DNA of 64,000 nucleotides from the human T2T-CHM13v2.0 reference genome, Homo sapiens. Positions within the stretch are counted from its first letter, which is position 1. The number at the start of each line of letters is the position of its first letter. The stretch lies in assembly GCF_009914755.1 (NCBI RefSeq), contig NC_060926.1; one strand, written 5' to 3'. A model generated the notes under the pieces. The model ran no database searches. It had not been told where the DNA came from and worked only from the letters and a program-made list of their open reading frames with translations. The translations under genes and the position numbers were made by a program. Below are positions 25,703 through 39,780 of the stretch, one piece after another.

Positions 25703-25997
25703 GTTTGTTTGTTTTGAGACAGGGTTTCACTCTGTTGCCCAGGCTGGACTGCAAGGCACAGTCATAGCTCACTGCAACCTCCGCCTCCCAGGCTCCATCG
25801 ATCTTCCCACCTCAGCCTCCCAAGTAGGTGGGACTACAGGTTGTACACCACCATGCCTGGCTAATTTACGTATATTTTGTAGAGATGGGGTTTTGTCATA
25901 TTGCCCAGGCTGGTCTCAAACTCCTGGGCTCAGGCTATCCGCCTGCCTTGGCCTCCCAAGTGCTGGGATTACATGTGTGAGCCACAGAACCCAGCCA
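25703..25997 (-). mobile_element. AluJ-like
   Basis: Full dimer, TSD ctaacacatatt. Confidence 0.92.
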
Positions 25998-26921
25998 AGC
26001 TAACACATATTTACTGATTGTTTATTCTGCCTCCAAGACAGTAAAGGGTAGAACTGCCTAGATGTCTTGAAAACTAGCCCAAAAGTGGACACGACGAAAA
26101 CACTTCCATTGAATGGATGCCAAATAGATTTATTTTCCATATTGGGCAAAAATTTAAATCAATGTCTAGTTTATTTCTATATATTATAATTATTATTTAA
26201 CTTTGAAAGTATTTTCATGTGCACTTGAAGGTTTTTAGTACATTAATTTGAAAAGTTTTCCAGTAATTAATCAGATAATCATAATCTTCTAAGAGCAGGT
26301 GTGGGGTATGACCCAGCTAGCATGCCACCAGTTTTTAAACAGCTTCATGAATTAGAATGGGTTTCACCATTCCACAGTATTGTAACAAACAAAGAAGAAT
26401 ATGCCCTAGAATGAATCTGGCCCATAACATCTTCTTAGATGTTTTATTTACTATCTGGCATTTTTCAGGAAAAAGTTTGCTGGATCCTATTGTACAACCC
26501 AAATGCAAGTGAATTGAATTGCTTTATGTTGTAAATAGGAAAATGAGGCTATAAAAACTAGGTGGTTTGCCTCACGTCATACATTATTTGTGGATTAAAA
26601 TAATCCCACTTTATATTGGCTGTCATATCAGCTTTAATAGGAGAAACCACCCAGAGACATATTAATAAGGAGAGAGTTCTAGAAGAATCATGAGGGGTTG
26701 AACAGAGTTGATTTTTCATCAAATTCAAATAAATGCCTTCAGTCAATGAGATTAAAACCCAAGAGTTTCCTAGCAGTGAACAAGTAAGTATGTACTCAGA
26801 CTATAAGGTCTAGAAGCCATGATAGGGATGGAAACATGAAAGACTATTTCTCAGTGCTAATTCTCTCTGGGTACAGGTATATGTCGAATGGATGAGGCCA
26901 ATTCTCCTTGAGTATATATAC

Positions 26922-27026
26922 CTTGCTGTAGAGAGTCTTGTTCTTTTCAGCCAGAGTGAAATCAGGGGTATCATAGGCATAGCAACCAATGCCTTTAAGC
27001 CAAGTCAAGTCTTCTTTATATTTTAC
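26922..27026 (-). CDS. NEB: NEB exon ~141 (105 nt) VKYKEDLTWLKGIGCYAYDTPDFTLAEKNKTLYSK
   Basis: cag / gtatat; WLKGIG motif. Confidence 0.97.
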
Positions 27027-27661
27027 CTGGGAGAAGAAGAACATCAAAGAGTTCTAAGAAGCCATCTCCAAACAGCAATAAGTTAGTATCTATACAAGTG
27101 GAACAAACAGAAGCACTACCCCTTGAGGTATATAAAATAATAAAGTATTAAAACAATTATTTAAAAGACATTTTCAGTAATACTGACCTTTGGTATATTG
27201 TTTTATAACATATGGAAGTTTTCCATTTTTAATACTAATTAAAGCAATTCAAATTTAACAGGCATACTTTCCTAGATAGTATATCATTAGCTTGGCAGCT
27301 ATATTTTCATACACAGAGCTGAACTTTCTAAGTGAGCATTGTTATGTGTCTTAATTGCTTCATGAAGTTGTCACTTCATTGCATCAAAATAGGCTATTTC
27401 CTAGATGATATATATCACTTCCAGTCCTGTAATATGATATCATACATTTAGGAGAAAAATGAGGTTTATAAATTTGAATATATATTTCCTTCTCCCAAGT
27501 TGAAATTCACTCACTTAGCAATTGAGTTTTATGATTTAAACATCCACACACAAAATCTAAAATCTAGCCAAGAGTTTCTTCAGTTTTTATGCCATGTATG
27601 ATTTCAGAGCTTATATGGGAATATGAATTTATATGTGAAAATAGAAGATGTCAACACTCAC

Positions 27662-27766
27662 ATCACTGACTGTGTCAGTGACTGCTCGGTGGTGGAAATG
27701 CTCTGGACGATCAGGAATGGACCTCCAGATACCCAACTGGCTCATGTAGTTCTCCTTGTATTTTAT
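27662..27766 (-). CDS. NEB: NEB exon ~140 (105 nt) IKYKENYMSQLGIWRSIPDRPEHFHHRAVTDTVSD
   Basis: cag / gtgagt. Confidence 0.97.
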
Positions 27767-27929
27767 CTGTTATAAAAAACACAAAGACAGCTGTAAGTCT
27801 TACCCAAAGGTAATGTAAATATGGCTTCTTTCTGGAGAATTTCAGAAGAGGGAGGTTGCTAAAAAATATATGTATATGTATATGGTGAGTTGTAGAGCCC
27901 AACACAAGTAGAAATATTTAGGGACATAC

Positions 27930-28034
27930 TTTACTGATGTCATCTGTGACTTTGCGATGATAGACAATGTCTAGGGCATCTTTCACCGTGTGGTATTTCC
28001 CTTTGGTCTTTTGAAATGTTTCTTTGTAGCGTAG
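27930..28034 (-). CDS. NEB: NEB exon ~139 (105 nt) LRYKETFQKTKGKYHTVKDALDIVYHRKVTDDISK
   Basis: tag / gtatgt. Confidence 0.96.
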
Positions 28035-28179
28035 CTAGAAAGAGAAAAAACACATGAATTACAAAAAAACTACCAAGTTAAATAATTGAGCTCTTTTAAG
28101 CATGAACTCTCTTGTCTTCTCTCTGGTTTTCCCATGAATACATTTAGGAAAAATTTAAAAGCTTATTTCAGACCCTAGA

Positions 28180-28403
28180 AGAGAAAAAGAACACTAGGGA
28201 AAACTAATGAAATCCAAAGCAACTATGGAGTTTAACCGATCATAATGTATCAATCTTGGTTCACTGATCATGGCAAATCTACGATGGTGATACAGGTGTT
28301 AGCAACAGGAGGATATGGGTGTTCCCCTGGGTGTGGGGCATGTGATAACTCTGTACAATTTCGGTAAATCTAAGACTACTTAAAATAGAAAGTTTATTTA
28401 AAT
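28180..28403 (+). mobile_element. Old L1 (L1MC/MD-like) 3' fragment
   Basis: aatgtatcaatcttggttca...aactctgtac...gtaaatctaa...aaagtttatt. Confidence 0.6.
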
Positions 28404-29619
28404 ATAAAACATAAACCAAAAGTTCATTTGAGAGAAAAAAAAAACCCAAACAAACAACATTGTTGAGCCCAAGATATGCTAATGTACATGGAAAAGGGAA
28501 AAAGGTTTAGCTTCTAACTCCTAGTATTAAAATGCCTTCTTCACTAAGCAGTCTTAAAACTTCATTTCATTATAATCTTTATCTTTGTGATATTTCAAGA
28601 GAAAACAGCTCTGATTCTAACCTGAGAATATCATAGATGATTCATCTAATCTACACAAGATGGGTGCTTCTCTGCACAACCTATTTTCAACGTCAAACAG
28701 TTCTTTTCTTTTGGGGTTAACTGAGCAAACACACAGTGAAAGATGTCTTTTCTTTGACTTTGTAATTTTGTTTTTTAGATGGATCATAAGATTGCTTAGA
28801 TCTACTTGTGGGGCTAGCCATGGTTAATACTGAATTAAATGCCAGATACTACCCTTGTTACATTAGACTATTGTAAAGATTAGAGTTATCAGAATTGCTA
28901 CTGATAAAGCCCTAGGGATGGTGCTGTCCAGTGGGGCATGATGAATCCCAGGGCCAATTTCAATGTGTGGCCACCGCTGTAAGATATTAATTCAGCTTGG
29001 TTCAAATAAATATTCAACAGTAACTTTGAAGTGATAATGATGAAGGATGTCACAAGAAGACTAAAAATATCCTAGAAGGTAGATTTTGAGGGGAGTATAT
29101 GATTTTTTCCCAGCTTACATTTTAAGCACTAACTGGCATTGCCTTTTTCTAACTAGTAGGCTCTTCTCTTCTCCAAATAAAAATTCCTAACAAAATTATG
29201 GAACTGAGATATTGTTCACATTTGCTGTGCCTTCTCTTTTCTGCTTCGGGCTTACTGCAATTACCTTAAGATGCCTTGAAATCCTAGAGCTATGTTGCTA
29301 AGTTGAGGGGGTCATGAAGTTGGCTTGATTTTTGGCTCAGTTTAAGTCCCAACATGTCTAGTCCTCTAGGGGTGTGGCTCTGGTAATGGGTACAGTGAAT
29401 TCCTGGTTGGACCCTGAGACACAAAACCCGTAAGGATTGGCTATTTACCTTGGATTCACTACTTCACATCTTCATTAACAGATTATTAACAGATTATTAC
29501 CATTAAAAGGCAGCCTTGCCCTCGATTGTGTGATATGGAAAATGAACATCTGTCCCCCCTAATTTTAACCACTGTGTCATGCATCATTCACATGATCTAT
29601 ATGCAATTAAGAGAAGAAA

Positions 29620-29835
29620 GGGAACAAACATTTTCTGAGTAACTAGGAGCCCAGCAGCATGCTAGACACTTATACATTATCTTGTTTGGTTTTATTTAAT
29701 TATCACAATTCTCATTGTCATTCCACATATATGAAAAGAGACTCGGAAAAATTAGACAGATGATATAGAGTCATACAGCAGGCAAGTAACAGCATCAGGA
29801 TTTGAATCCATGTCTGGCTGACTGCAAGACCATAA
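29620..29835. mobile_element. MIR
   Basis: gtcatacagcaggcaagtaacagcatcaggatttgaatccatgtctggctgact. Confidence 0.65.
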
Positions 29836-30134
29836 TTTTATGGATAAGTAAATTAACTGTCAAGTATCCCCAGAAAATGCTGCTGAAGAATTATAAGAAA
29901 GGGTCATATTTTTATTCAGGAGAGAATTGAGAAGAATAGGCTTCTGGTATCTCTCAGCTATTTTGCCTGACTAGTATTGTTTGGGCATTTTTTTTTCTCT
30001 TTAAAAAAAATGTGTGTTTTTTTCCTAGGCCATGGTTTAGAACTATGGATATGGCTGAAATATGTTATGTTTCTTAGGTACTTCAACCTCAGCTCTCCCC
30101 ATCACAACAGAAGAAAAAAGGAAGGGATGCATAC

Positions 30135-30239
30135 ATCACTGGCATTCCAGTAAGCCCTCTTGGCTCTGATGAGGATTGGCGTATCTGGAACCGGAGTGTA
30201 CTTGTCTTTCATCTTTTCATATTGAATCTTGTACTTTTT
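30135..30239 (-). CDS. NEB: NEB exon ~138 (105 nt) KKYKIQYEKMKDKYTPVPDTPILIRAKRAYWNASD
   Basis: cag / gtatgc. Confidence 0.97.
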
Positions 30240-30487
30240 CTGAGAAATAAATGCAGAAGAGAGAGACAAGCTTAAGTGTCTTCCCAATTTCCAACCAAGC
30301 CACCTACAGGTCTTGTGGAGGGGCACAATGTGTTACACACTTTAAGAGAATAGCTCTGCCTTTTGTGTTTTGATGATGCTGAGCACCATTTATAGTAATG
30401 AGCTCTCTGATCAGAGGTAGCAGGGGAAGGTTTTAACAAAGTATTTTTCTTTTTACCCAGTGCCTCAGTGCTGAATTCCCATCTTAC

Positions 30488-30592
30488 CTCACTGACCATG
30501 TCCTTCACGTCTTTAGCATGCTTCAAGGCTGTGGTCTGGTTTCCAGCGTGATGATGGGGTCTCTCTTTGGTGGCAAGTTCAACATACAGATA
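30488..30592 (-). CDS. NEB: NEB exon ~137 (105 nt) YLYVELATKERPHHHAGNQTTALKHAKDVKDMVSE
   Basis: cag / gtaaga. Confidence 0.97.
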
Positions 30593-31237
30593 CTGAATAA
30601 TAGAAGAAAGTGAGGTGTCATAGAGATAAAGCATTTAGTATTTAGCATTCAGTCCACTTCATTCATTTCTAACCATTCAGTGGGAAGGTGGTATCTGCTT
30701 ACTGTCCTGATGTTTGTTTGCTTGTTTTTTTGTTATATGCGTTTCTGTTCATTTGTTTCTCTGTGTCTCATATTTGAAAACAAATACACATACTCCAGTT
30801 ATCTAATATGCCTACCACTGAGTATGATCCAAGCAAAGCCATGTGATAAAGAATGCTAACAGAAGTATGAGAAGATTCTGATAGACCCCTCAACATATTT
30901 TCCCCTGATTTTTGCGTGACTGCATGAAATACAGCTTCGTTTGTCTGCGGATAACAGGAAGATTCTATAGAATGATCAAGCAATTATTTTCATTACTCCA
31001 AAACACAAGTTTTATAACACTTAGGAAAGAAGATGTGGCATCCCTTACCTGAGTAAAACACAACCATAATTATCATGGCCCAAAAGAGAACTGCTTCTTC
31101 AAGTGCAGTGTTAATGGGCATGAGGTTGCAGCCAGGACAACCAAGTGTGTGAGTCTGCCACTGGCCAGGTGAGGCCAGGCACATATAATCACCCCCTGTG
31201 ATGCCTGAGTGGCAGGCTTATGAACCTCTGAGCTTAC

Positions 31238-31342
31238 CTGACTCTGAAGCTTCTGCCCTCGCTTGGCTCTTAAAAGATCAGGAGTATCAGGAACTGAAGT
31301 AAAGATTGACTTCTGCTTCTTGCCTGCAGCTCTGTAGACCAG
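31238..31342 (-). CDS. NEB: NEB exon ~136 (105 nt) LVYRAAGKKQKSIFTSVPDTPDLLRAKRGQKLQSQ
   Basis: tag / gtaagc. Confidence 0.97.
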
Positions 31343-31649
31343 CTAGACATAAACCAAGTTATCACCATCATTTCTGTTTCATGGGCATGTTATGTTCTCT
31401 GCAGATGCCTTCACTGCTTTTACATAGAAAAGGCAGGAGCCCTCCCACTGCAACGATTGCAGTTTCTTCCCAATAAACCAACCTTTTATTTACCTCCTGC
31501 ACCCTCCTTTTCTTTTTTCCCTTGTGTCAAAACAAGAGACATTCTCTAGCCTGTCCAAAATTCAAGACTCCTGCTGTGTTCTTGGTCCCATTTGCAGTTG
31601 TCCCTTCTAGTACCCTATTCCAGCAACTGTCTCCATCTCCTCTGTATCT

Positions 31650-33000
31650 TCCACCCTTCCTGTTTTCCCAATCCCCTCTCTTCACCTGCAAACAGACTCA
31701 AGACCTCCTGTCATTAATTAAGCCTTTTCCAGTCTCTAGCCAATGGCCTTCATTCTTCTTTTCTCAGCCAAGTTGCCTGTGTTTCTTCTTTGCCTCTCTT
31801 TTGATTAATTTCTCAAGACCATAGTTTGGCTCCCACCTACCCACATCAATGAAGTCACACTCATTGAGACTACCAAGAACTTCATGATTGCCATGAACAC
31901 TTCTCTGTAGCAACTGAAGCTGCTCAGTGTTTCATTCCTGAAAACTCTCTTCTCTGGCTTCCATTCAACCATTCTTCCCTAGGTGGCTTCCTGTCTTTTA
32001 GACCTCCTCATCAGCCTTCCTCTGGTTCTGCCCTCATGCAAAGGCTGCTGTTAACTGGGGTGAAGGATTGGCCCCTTTCACCCAGTACATTCTCCCGGGG
32101 TGATCTCATCTGTACCTGTGATCTCAAGCATCACTTTGAGATTGATAACTTCCAAATCTACATATCCAGTGTCTTTCCTGAGCTCCAGACCCAAGTTTTC
32201 TACAACTTTCTGAATTTAGGTGATTTACCATGTTCAATATATAATTCTTTATATTGCCTCTATCTCTATCTCAAATTGCTGCTTCTCCTATTTTCTCTAT
32301 TTTGCTAAATGACTTGTTGATATCCCAGTTACTCGGGCCAGAAACTTGGGGGAGTCATCCTAGGCTCCTCCCTTATTCCTACATCAAAATGGTCATGAAT
32401 CCTGGGCTCCTCACTTTGTGATATTCCTGAAATCTGATTATTTGCCAACACCACTGCCCTAGTTCAGCCTTCCATCTTATTTTCTACATGTCAAAACCAC
32501 CTGCTCAACTCCTCTATTGGACCACCCCACGTGAGTCACCCATCTTTCAAAAGTCTGAGACACATATTTTCTTAATGCTCAAATCTATTCTTCATAGAAA
32601 TAATTCTTCAATGATTTTTCATAAAGTCCAAGGTCATTTATATAACACCTACAAGTCTTTATAACCTGGCTCCAACCCATGTTTCTATAATAGCTTCATT
32701 TACCAGCATCCTTCCACACCCTCCATGTGCTATGTAAACTAGTCCCAGTTACTGGAACTCATTATGGCTGCTTTCACAGACTGTCTTTCCTGCCTTGAAT
32801 GTTCTTCTCCCTTTTATTTGCCTGGAAAACTCCAAGAGTCCATGCTGTCTTGACTGTTCCTATATAAAGCCATTTATCACACCAATGCCTGTTTCTTCTC
32901 CGAGACTAGGGCACAGCAGTTCAGTGGTACGATCCTTTCATCAACTAGAGCTCAGACAAAGGGCCTAAAAAATAATAGTTGCTAATAAATGTTGAAGGAA
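31650..33000 (+). mobile_element. Degenerate L2 (ORF2 remnant to 3' end)
   Basis: Pyrimidine-rich; ggtgatctcatc...ccaaatctacatatccag...cctgagctccagacc, agaaacttggggagtcatcct, terminal aataaatgttgaagga; limits approximate. Confidence 0.75.
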
Positions 33001-33419
33001 TTTAATGTAATGCGGCAAATGAGAAAGAACAAATGGATACCAAATAAATTCTAATCATGGATATAAATACCAGTTGAACAGATAAAACGTAAGAAACACA
33101 GGCACACACATCAATTTCTTTAAATCTGAATTATATACAACTGCAAGTTAAAACAAAATGTAACTCATGTGTTTGGGGCTGTTTTTTCATGTTACTATTG
33201 AAAGAGATAAACTAAATGAAAACTTAATGCTTCTTCCAAGCTAAATTTTGAGTAAAGTAAATCAACAACTCTTAGAATTTTATGGCTAAAAGGAGCTCAA
33301 ATCATCATTTAGTCCAACTCTTCAGTTTAGGAAATTAGGGTGCTAAAGTTGTGAATTACATAAGATCATATAGCTAATTGGAAGTAAATCTGGGACTAAA
33401 ACCCAATTCTCCCAAGCAA

Positions 33420-33577
33420 TTTTTTTCTTATTTTTAAATTTTATTTATGTATTGATTTTTAGAGACGGGGTCTCACTATATTGCCCAGGCTGGCCTCAAA
33501 CTCCTGCACTCCAGTGATCCTCTGGTCTCAGCCTCCCAAGTAGCTAGGACAATAGGTATGTACCACTGTGCTTGGCC
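33420..33577 (-). mobile_element. FLAM / Alu monomer
   Basis: tagagacggggtctcactatattgcccaggctggcctcaaactcctg. Confidence 0.8.
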
Positions 33578-34157
33578 TCTATGCCATTTCTAGAATTATA
33601 CATTTCACTGTGTATTATATTTCCCCTGTACTTAGGTATGCATTGCTTATGCTTCTTGGGACAACGTCCCTGCTTCCTAGTACTACAAATGTGTATATGT
33701 CAAGAATCTATACAATTGAAAACTCAAAAGTCGGTAACTTCTTTTGGCCATCACACTTTTTACTAACTCAATGTTTTCCAAACTTTCCTGATATTAACCC
33801 TCCCCCGCTCTCCATGGTTTTTATTAAAAACAGATTCGTAGGCTGTCTCCCAACCCTTCTAAATTCAGGGGAGTGGCTTGGATCAGCATTTTATCAAGCC
33901 TGGGTCATTCTTATGGAGAGGCAAATGTGGTGCAAACTGCTCCACTGAAAAATATCCATTCTTCTTCCTCAGTGCTGATGCGCAACTTGCCCAAAATCCC
34001 TCTGGGAATTGGGAAGAGGAGAAACTAAAGTTTTAGATAATTCTGAGCCCAGAAAGCCAAAAAGAGTAAAGGTATTTCAGAGTTATCTTTACTCTGAAGC
34101 ACTATAAGTTACCAATTGTTTTAAATTATTACTTGGTAGCTGGAGGAGAGATGTGGT

Positions 34158-34345
34158 GCGGTGGTTTTCAACACAGGCTACATATTATTAAACAGAATCT
34201 CTATGGAGCATCTAAAAGTGTATAGATGCCCAGACACGGAGAATCAGTCTGGTGTGGAACAAGGGGTCAGGGCCCTCTCTGGGTGGATTTTAAATATTCC
34301 ACAGGTGATTCTCATACTGAGCCAGAGTGGAAAAGCACAACTTTA
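34158..34345. mobile_element. MER5A-like hAT element
   Basis: gtggttttcaa...ccacaggtgattct...ccagagtggaaaagcac. Confidence 0.55.
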
Positions 34346-35084
34346 GCAGGATAAAAATAACGTAAGCGTTCTAGTCTGAGTGCGAGTGCGGGCTGAAATA
34401 ACACAGTGAAGCTTTTAGGAAAGCAAATTGGCTCAATGTTGCATTTGCAAAAGCTGAAGAGTTAGTCATCCTCTGATTCTGGCTCACTGAGTGTAGGAAG
34501 CTGCATATCCCTCCACTGAGGGTGACATTTGGTATTTCAGGGCATCGCTAAGAGCCTAAGATTCCTAATCAGCAGCCATCAGAGCTAATGAGAAGGATGA
34601 AATGGCCTGGAAGCCAATGCTCAGCTGGGTGAAGCCACAATACAGAATGGTGAATGCACAAACTGATGAATGGAGCTACAATACCAGAGTGACAGTAGAA
34701 TGAGAATGGCCAACTGACCTATAAGAAGAGCAACCATTTACACTTGTGAAATGCCCTTTGGCAAACATGCACATCTATTATGGCCAAGGCACTATGGGAC
34801 ACATGTAAATAACATGGGGTCCAATCATCAAGGAACCAACACTCTAGGTGAGAGAATCAGATCTATTCACAAATAACTGCAATATATCAGGAGCCTCAAT
34901 GCCAGATGAAAATGAAACTAAGTAGTCTGAATTGTACTGAATGGGCAGCAGAGCAAGGAGCCACTGAAGACTTCTCCAATGGCACTGCCATGCTCGGGGC
35001 TCCTGATAGCAGGAATTAAAGAGAAAGAAAATTTTGAAATAAGTTTAGAGACAACAAAAATAATAAGTAAAATTATTATTTCTA

Positions 35085-35385
<301 letters not shown>

Positions 35386-35678
35386 AAGGTCTTTCTAATC
35401 TATAAAATCATGCAAAACCCCTCATCAGCCCTAGACATAGGAAGAGCAAGTATGAATATGCGTATCTTACCAAAAGGGGGCAAAATAAGTAAACTGAGGT
35501 AAAGTGCAGTTGGTTGACTTGCTTAGACATAGTAGCCATTCCACAGTTAAGAGGGGAAATATTTTACCTGCCGCAGTTGCCTGAACAGCGATCACTAGAG
35601 GAACTAAGAGCCTTGTGGAGTAATTCAGTTTGTACTGGTCAATTTGATTGACTTCAATGACAAGTAAAGCGTCCTTAC

Positions 35679-35789
35679 CTCACTCAGATGTGTCTTCAGT
35701 TCTTGCACTTTTCTGTATTCTGGAGTGTCAAGCACCACTTTGTATTTGTCTCGCATCTTCCTTGCCTTATCAGTGTATAGGTAATTAGA
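35679..35789 (-). CDS. NEB: NEB exon ~135 (111 nt) SNYLYTDKARKMRDKYKVVLDTPEYRKVQELKTHLSE
   Basis: T19-aag acceptor / gtaagg. Confidence 0.96.
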
Positions 35790-36137
35790 CTTAAAAAAAA
35801 AAAAAAAAAAACAGAAATACAAGTTGATTAATCATTTAAGGGATTCATGTCATATTGTCTTTCAAATGTCTGGCATGTGTAAGCTGAGCAGGGCTTTCAT
35901 GTGTCCTGGATGTCTTCCCAGGCAGGAGCAAAAACAATTGTCATTTAACTAAGCTCAGCACCTTTCATAGGAGGCACAGATCACATTAAGGTGATAATCT
36001 GCTCAAGTGAGTTAATGATAAATTTCCCCTTAAAAGTAGCTGCAGGCTAAGATCCCTTCTGCCTAGCCCTGGAGGCTGGTGATGGGGGCATCCAGCTGTG
36101 CGGGGGGTAATTATGCATTGTGATGATGTGCACTCAC

Positions 36138-36236
36138 CCAGAGCTTCCGCAGGTGCCGGGAGCGGACCATGTCAGGAGTGTCATACAGGAAGCAGCCAAA
36201 TCCCTTCAGGACCTGCAAGTCCTCTTTGTATTTAAT
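36138..36236 (-). CDS. NEB: NEB exon ~134 (99 nt) IKYKEDLQVLKGFGCFLYDTPDMVRSRHLRKLW
   Basis: cag / gtgagt; VLKGFG is a degenerate WLKGIG. Confidence 0.96.
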
Positions 36237-36350
36237 CTGAGAGGCAAACACAGAAATATAGCTGGTCATAAGCAAATGTAAGTCAGGAAACATAAAAGAT
36301 GGAGTAGCAACACTTCTTAATTACTGTGTCTTTCATTTTGGTTCATCTAC

Positions 36351-36692
<342 letters not shown>

Positions 36693-37222
36693 TAAGTCAT
36701 GTTTTTTTTCATTTAAGTCTCTAACCCTGAGCTGAGGAGAGAACACTGCTATTATTTTATTACTATAACATTGATTGGAGAAAAGAACAGATTGAATGGA
36801 TTGGTCTTTTAGGAGGAGAGAACATACAAGGAGAATGAAAAAAATGGCAGCAAGAAGTTGCTAATGAGGTCAGAGTAGGGATGAGTGAGAGGAAAATACT
36901 CAACATGACCTGGGATGGAGGCCACACAGGGAGTTAGGGAGTGAGGAGTTGGAATGATTCCGTGTTGAATGTAGAATGGTGGTCACTGAGTGATCAAGAA
37001 TGATGGCAATTCTGTCTTCCCCAGGTGGTCCTCTTATTACTGTTTCCATAGCTGTAGAATTGTGGCATCCTTCTCCCACACTGTCTTACCTCCAACTTGT
37101 ACTCTTTGTTTAGAAGTGCTTATCAGAAAAGGCTGTTCAAAGACCACTGGTTGTTTTAACTGCTGAAAGCAAGCCTGCGTCTTGGTAAGACTACTCCAGA
37201 AAGACCCCTACGAGATGCTTAC

Positions 37223-37327
37223 ATCACTGGTGATGTCTCCCACATAGCGGCAATGGATCACTTGGGGTGTGTATGGCAGAGAGATCATGTGGCCCTGCAT
37301 CTTGAAGAAGTCTGATTTGTAGATCAA
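37223..37327 (-). CDS. NEB: NEB exon ~133 (105 nt) LIYKSDFFKMQGHMISLPYTPQVIHCRYVGDITSD
   Basis: tag / gtaagc. Confidence 0.97.
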
Positions 37328-37427
37328 CTAAAGAAAAAAAAATACCCCAAAACATATGTATTAGAGACCGAATGATTAACATTCATCCCTAGTCTCTACT
37401 CCCTGTCTTTCCTAAGAAAATACCCAC

Positions 37428-37532
37428 CTCACTGACAGCCTCTTGTGTCTTCTTGACTTGGCGGATCTCAGGGGTATCGGGAGTTGTATGGATCTTGTCT
37501 TTCAGTTTGTGGTACAATTCCCGATACAGTCT
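37428..37532 (-). CDS. NEB: NEB exon ~132 (105 nt) RLYRELYHKLKDKIHTTPDTPEIRQVKKTQEAVSE
   Basis: tag / gtgggt. Confidence 0.96.
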
Positions 37533-38101
37533 CTACGTTGGAGGAAATATCATTACAGGCATTTAGTAGGGGATGACGAGGGCATCTACTGACTAATCAA
37601 GAATAAAATATTTTACATAAGGAAGAGGGGAGGAAATATCGAGGATATAGAAAATGATTGAGATTAGGAAAAAAGGAGAAAATGAGAGTTATTTCATTTA
37701 GGTGAAGAATTCTGAGCACAAAGCCTTCCACTTTCTATCAGATGGTTGCATAGTAGGATCAGATATGCAAACCAATAGTTGGTGTAGAAAACCAGGATCA
37801 TGAGTCAGACTAAAATGCAACCTTATTAAAGATTTTTGAATATAAATGTCAAAAGAAGAAATTATTTCTTTAGAAAAGTTTTGCATCATAATCTATGGAA
37901 CCGAGTCTCTCCAAGGCATTACCAAATACAAAAAACCACTACCAAGAAATATCAGTATCAAAATGTGACAATAAGGACCTTTTTCATTTTTTGCTGGTAT
38001 GTAAGTTTACAACTGAAATAAGATTAATTCTTAATGCATTTCAAACAAAGCCATGGCTATTGAAACTCAATATGTCTCTTGGAGAATCAGCATTCAGGTA
38101 C

Positions 38102-38209
38102 CTCGCTGGTAACATTGTTGACTCTCCGGACGTGGACAAATGGAACATCTTTGGGGCCAAGTGTATACCCATATGCCTTGGTGTGTTCATAGGCTTCTTT
38201 GTACTTGAA
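38102..38209 (-). CDS. NEB: NEB exon ~131 (108 nt) FKYKEAYEHTKAYGYTLGPKDVPFVHVRRVNNVTSE
   Basis: cag / gtacct. Confidence 0.97.
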
Positions 38210-39429
38210 CTGCAAAAGCAAAGTCAGAATGAGATCAATGATGGGTAAACAAGGACCAACATTACATTTCTCCAAATAGAAAAGAGATGTCACCTTTATT
38301 TGAAAAATTGCTCTTTTTAAGGATTAAGTATGTAGAAAAGTCATTGACAAAATTTCAATATTAATCCAGGCCTTGAAAATTATGTGTTGGAAAATAAAAC
38401 CAGGCCAAGAAAAGAATAAAATTTGACCTTGCCTAGGTGAAATCTGTTTGTCGGAAGGTATGCAAAATGCCAGAGAAAAATCTTTATTTTTAGCCCCAGT
38501 GTGGCTAGAAAATTAGAAAATACAAAGAAGAAACAAGAGAATGTATTTAAGACTGACAAATAGCTTCGTGGACTGATTTTAACCAACCATTTTAACACAT
38601 CCTTTAGGTGTTAGATTATTAAATCTGTGACTGTCTACTTTGGAAGTACATTATTGAGCCACAGGTTATTGGGTCCTTTCTGGCCACTAGGTTTGATTCC
38701 CAGGAATATGAAGGGTAGCACAGAGGGAGAGCTTATTATTCCACCAGCGGCTCATTGTGGTCTGCAGGCCAGACTTACTGGGATGGCCACGATTTCCCTA
38801 AGCCTTCCCCATGGGGTAAATGCATCAAGTCCCAGTTGAGTACTTGTGAAAAGTGGAGAAGGGCAACATGAGGGTCATCATTTGAGTAAGCTACAGGTAG
38901 TAAGAGCCTAACTACCCCTCTAGCCTTCTGTGAACTGGGCACAGAGGATAAGTAGTGAGCTAAATATCAGCCAGCAGCTAGGCAAGAAGTCTTATTTTCA
39001 AAGGAACACATGGTGATGTTATATCTTCTGCAGTGAAACATAGCAGAAGGAAGACAATACTATCACCACACCTCAGTAGTGCGTGTGTGAAGCTGCATTT
39101 CCAATAAATGGCTTGGGATAATTCAGGGTGCATCTGTGCTAAGTGAGGCCAGCAGAAGTAGAGGCATCATGACAGCCATGGGCCCTCAGCCAAGGCTCCC
39201 ACGAACATTCTGTTCTAACCCATGGGGCTACCCAGGCACTGCTGAATTGCAGAAGGAATCAATTGCACAGCACCCCTCAAAAATATGCTGTCTCTCCTCT
39301 CCAGCTCCCATCATTCTATCAGGTTGAACCTTGAGGGTGAGACTGGAGGATTAGAACAGGCTATTAATTAATATGAGTCTCCTGCCACCCCACCTTCAGA
39401 CCCATCTCAATGAGGAGGAGACCACTCAC

Positions 39430-39534
39430 ATAACTGCTCATGTAACGGGTGTCCTTGATGTGTTTGAAGTGAGGAGTGTCACCTGGAAGTCTATATCCAG
39501 TGGGCAGGGTGCGCAGGCTGGTTTTGTATAGATT
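39430..39534 (-). CDS. NEB: NEB exon ~130 (105 nt) NLYKTSLRTLPTGYRLPGDTPHFKHIKDTRYMSSY
   Basis: cag / gtgagt. Confidence 0.97.
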
Positions 39535-39780
39535 CTGCAGGAATGAGGAAGAGCAGGTTAAATGACATCGGGCATCAAGTAACTGATCTGAGCTTAACAA
39601 ATCACATATAGCTCATGTTACAGTTTTGACTAGATACTTAATACACTTATGCTCACTGAATTGATTTCAGGAGAGAATTAAATACATTCTAAGAGTCATA
39701 AAATGAGTCAGATTACTCTTCACCTATTGTTTTGGAAAAATAGAACAATGAGTGAAATGGTTTATTGAAAGTAGTTCCTG

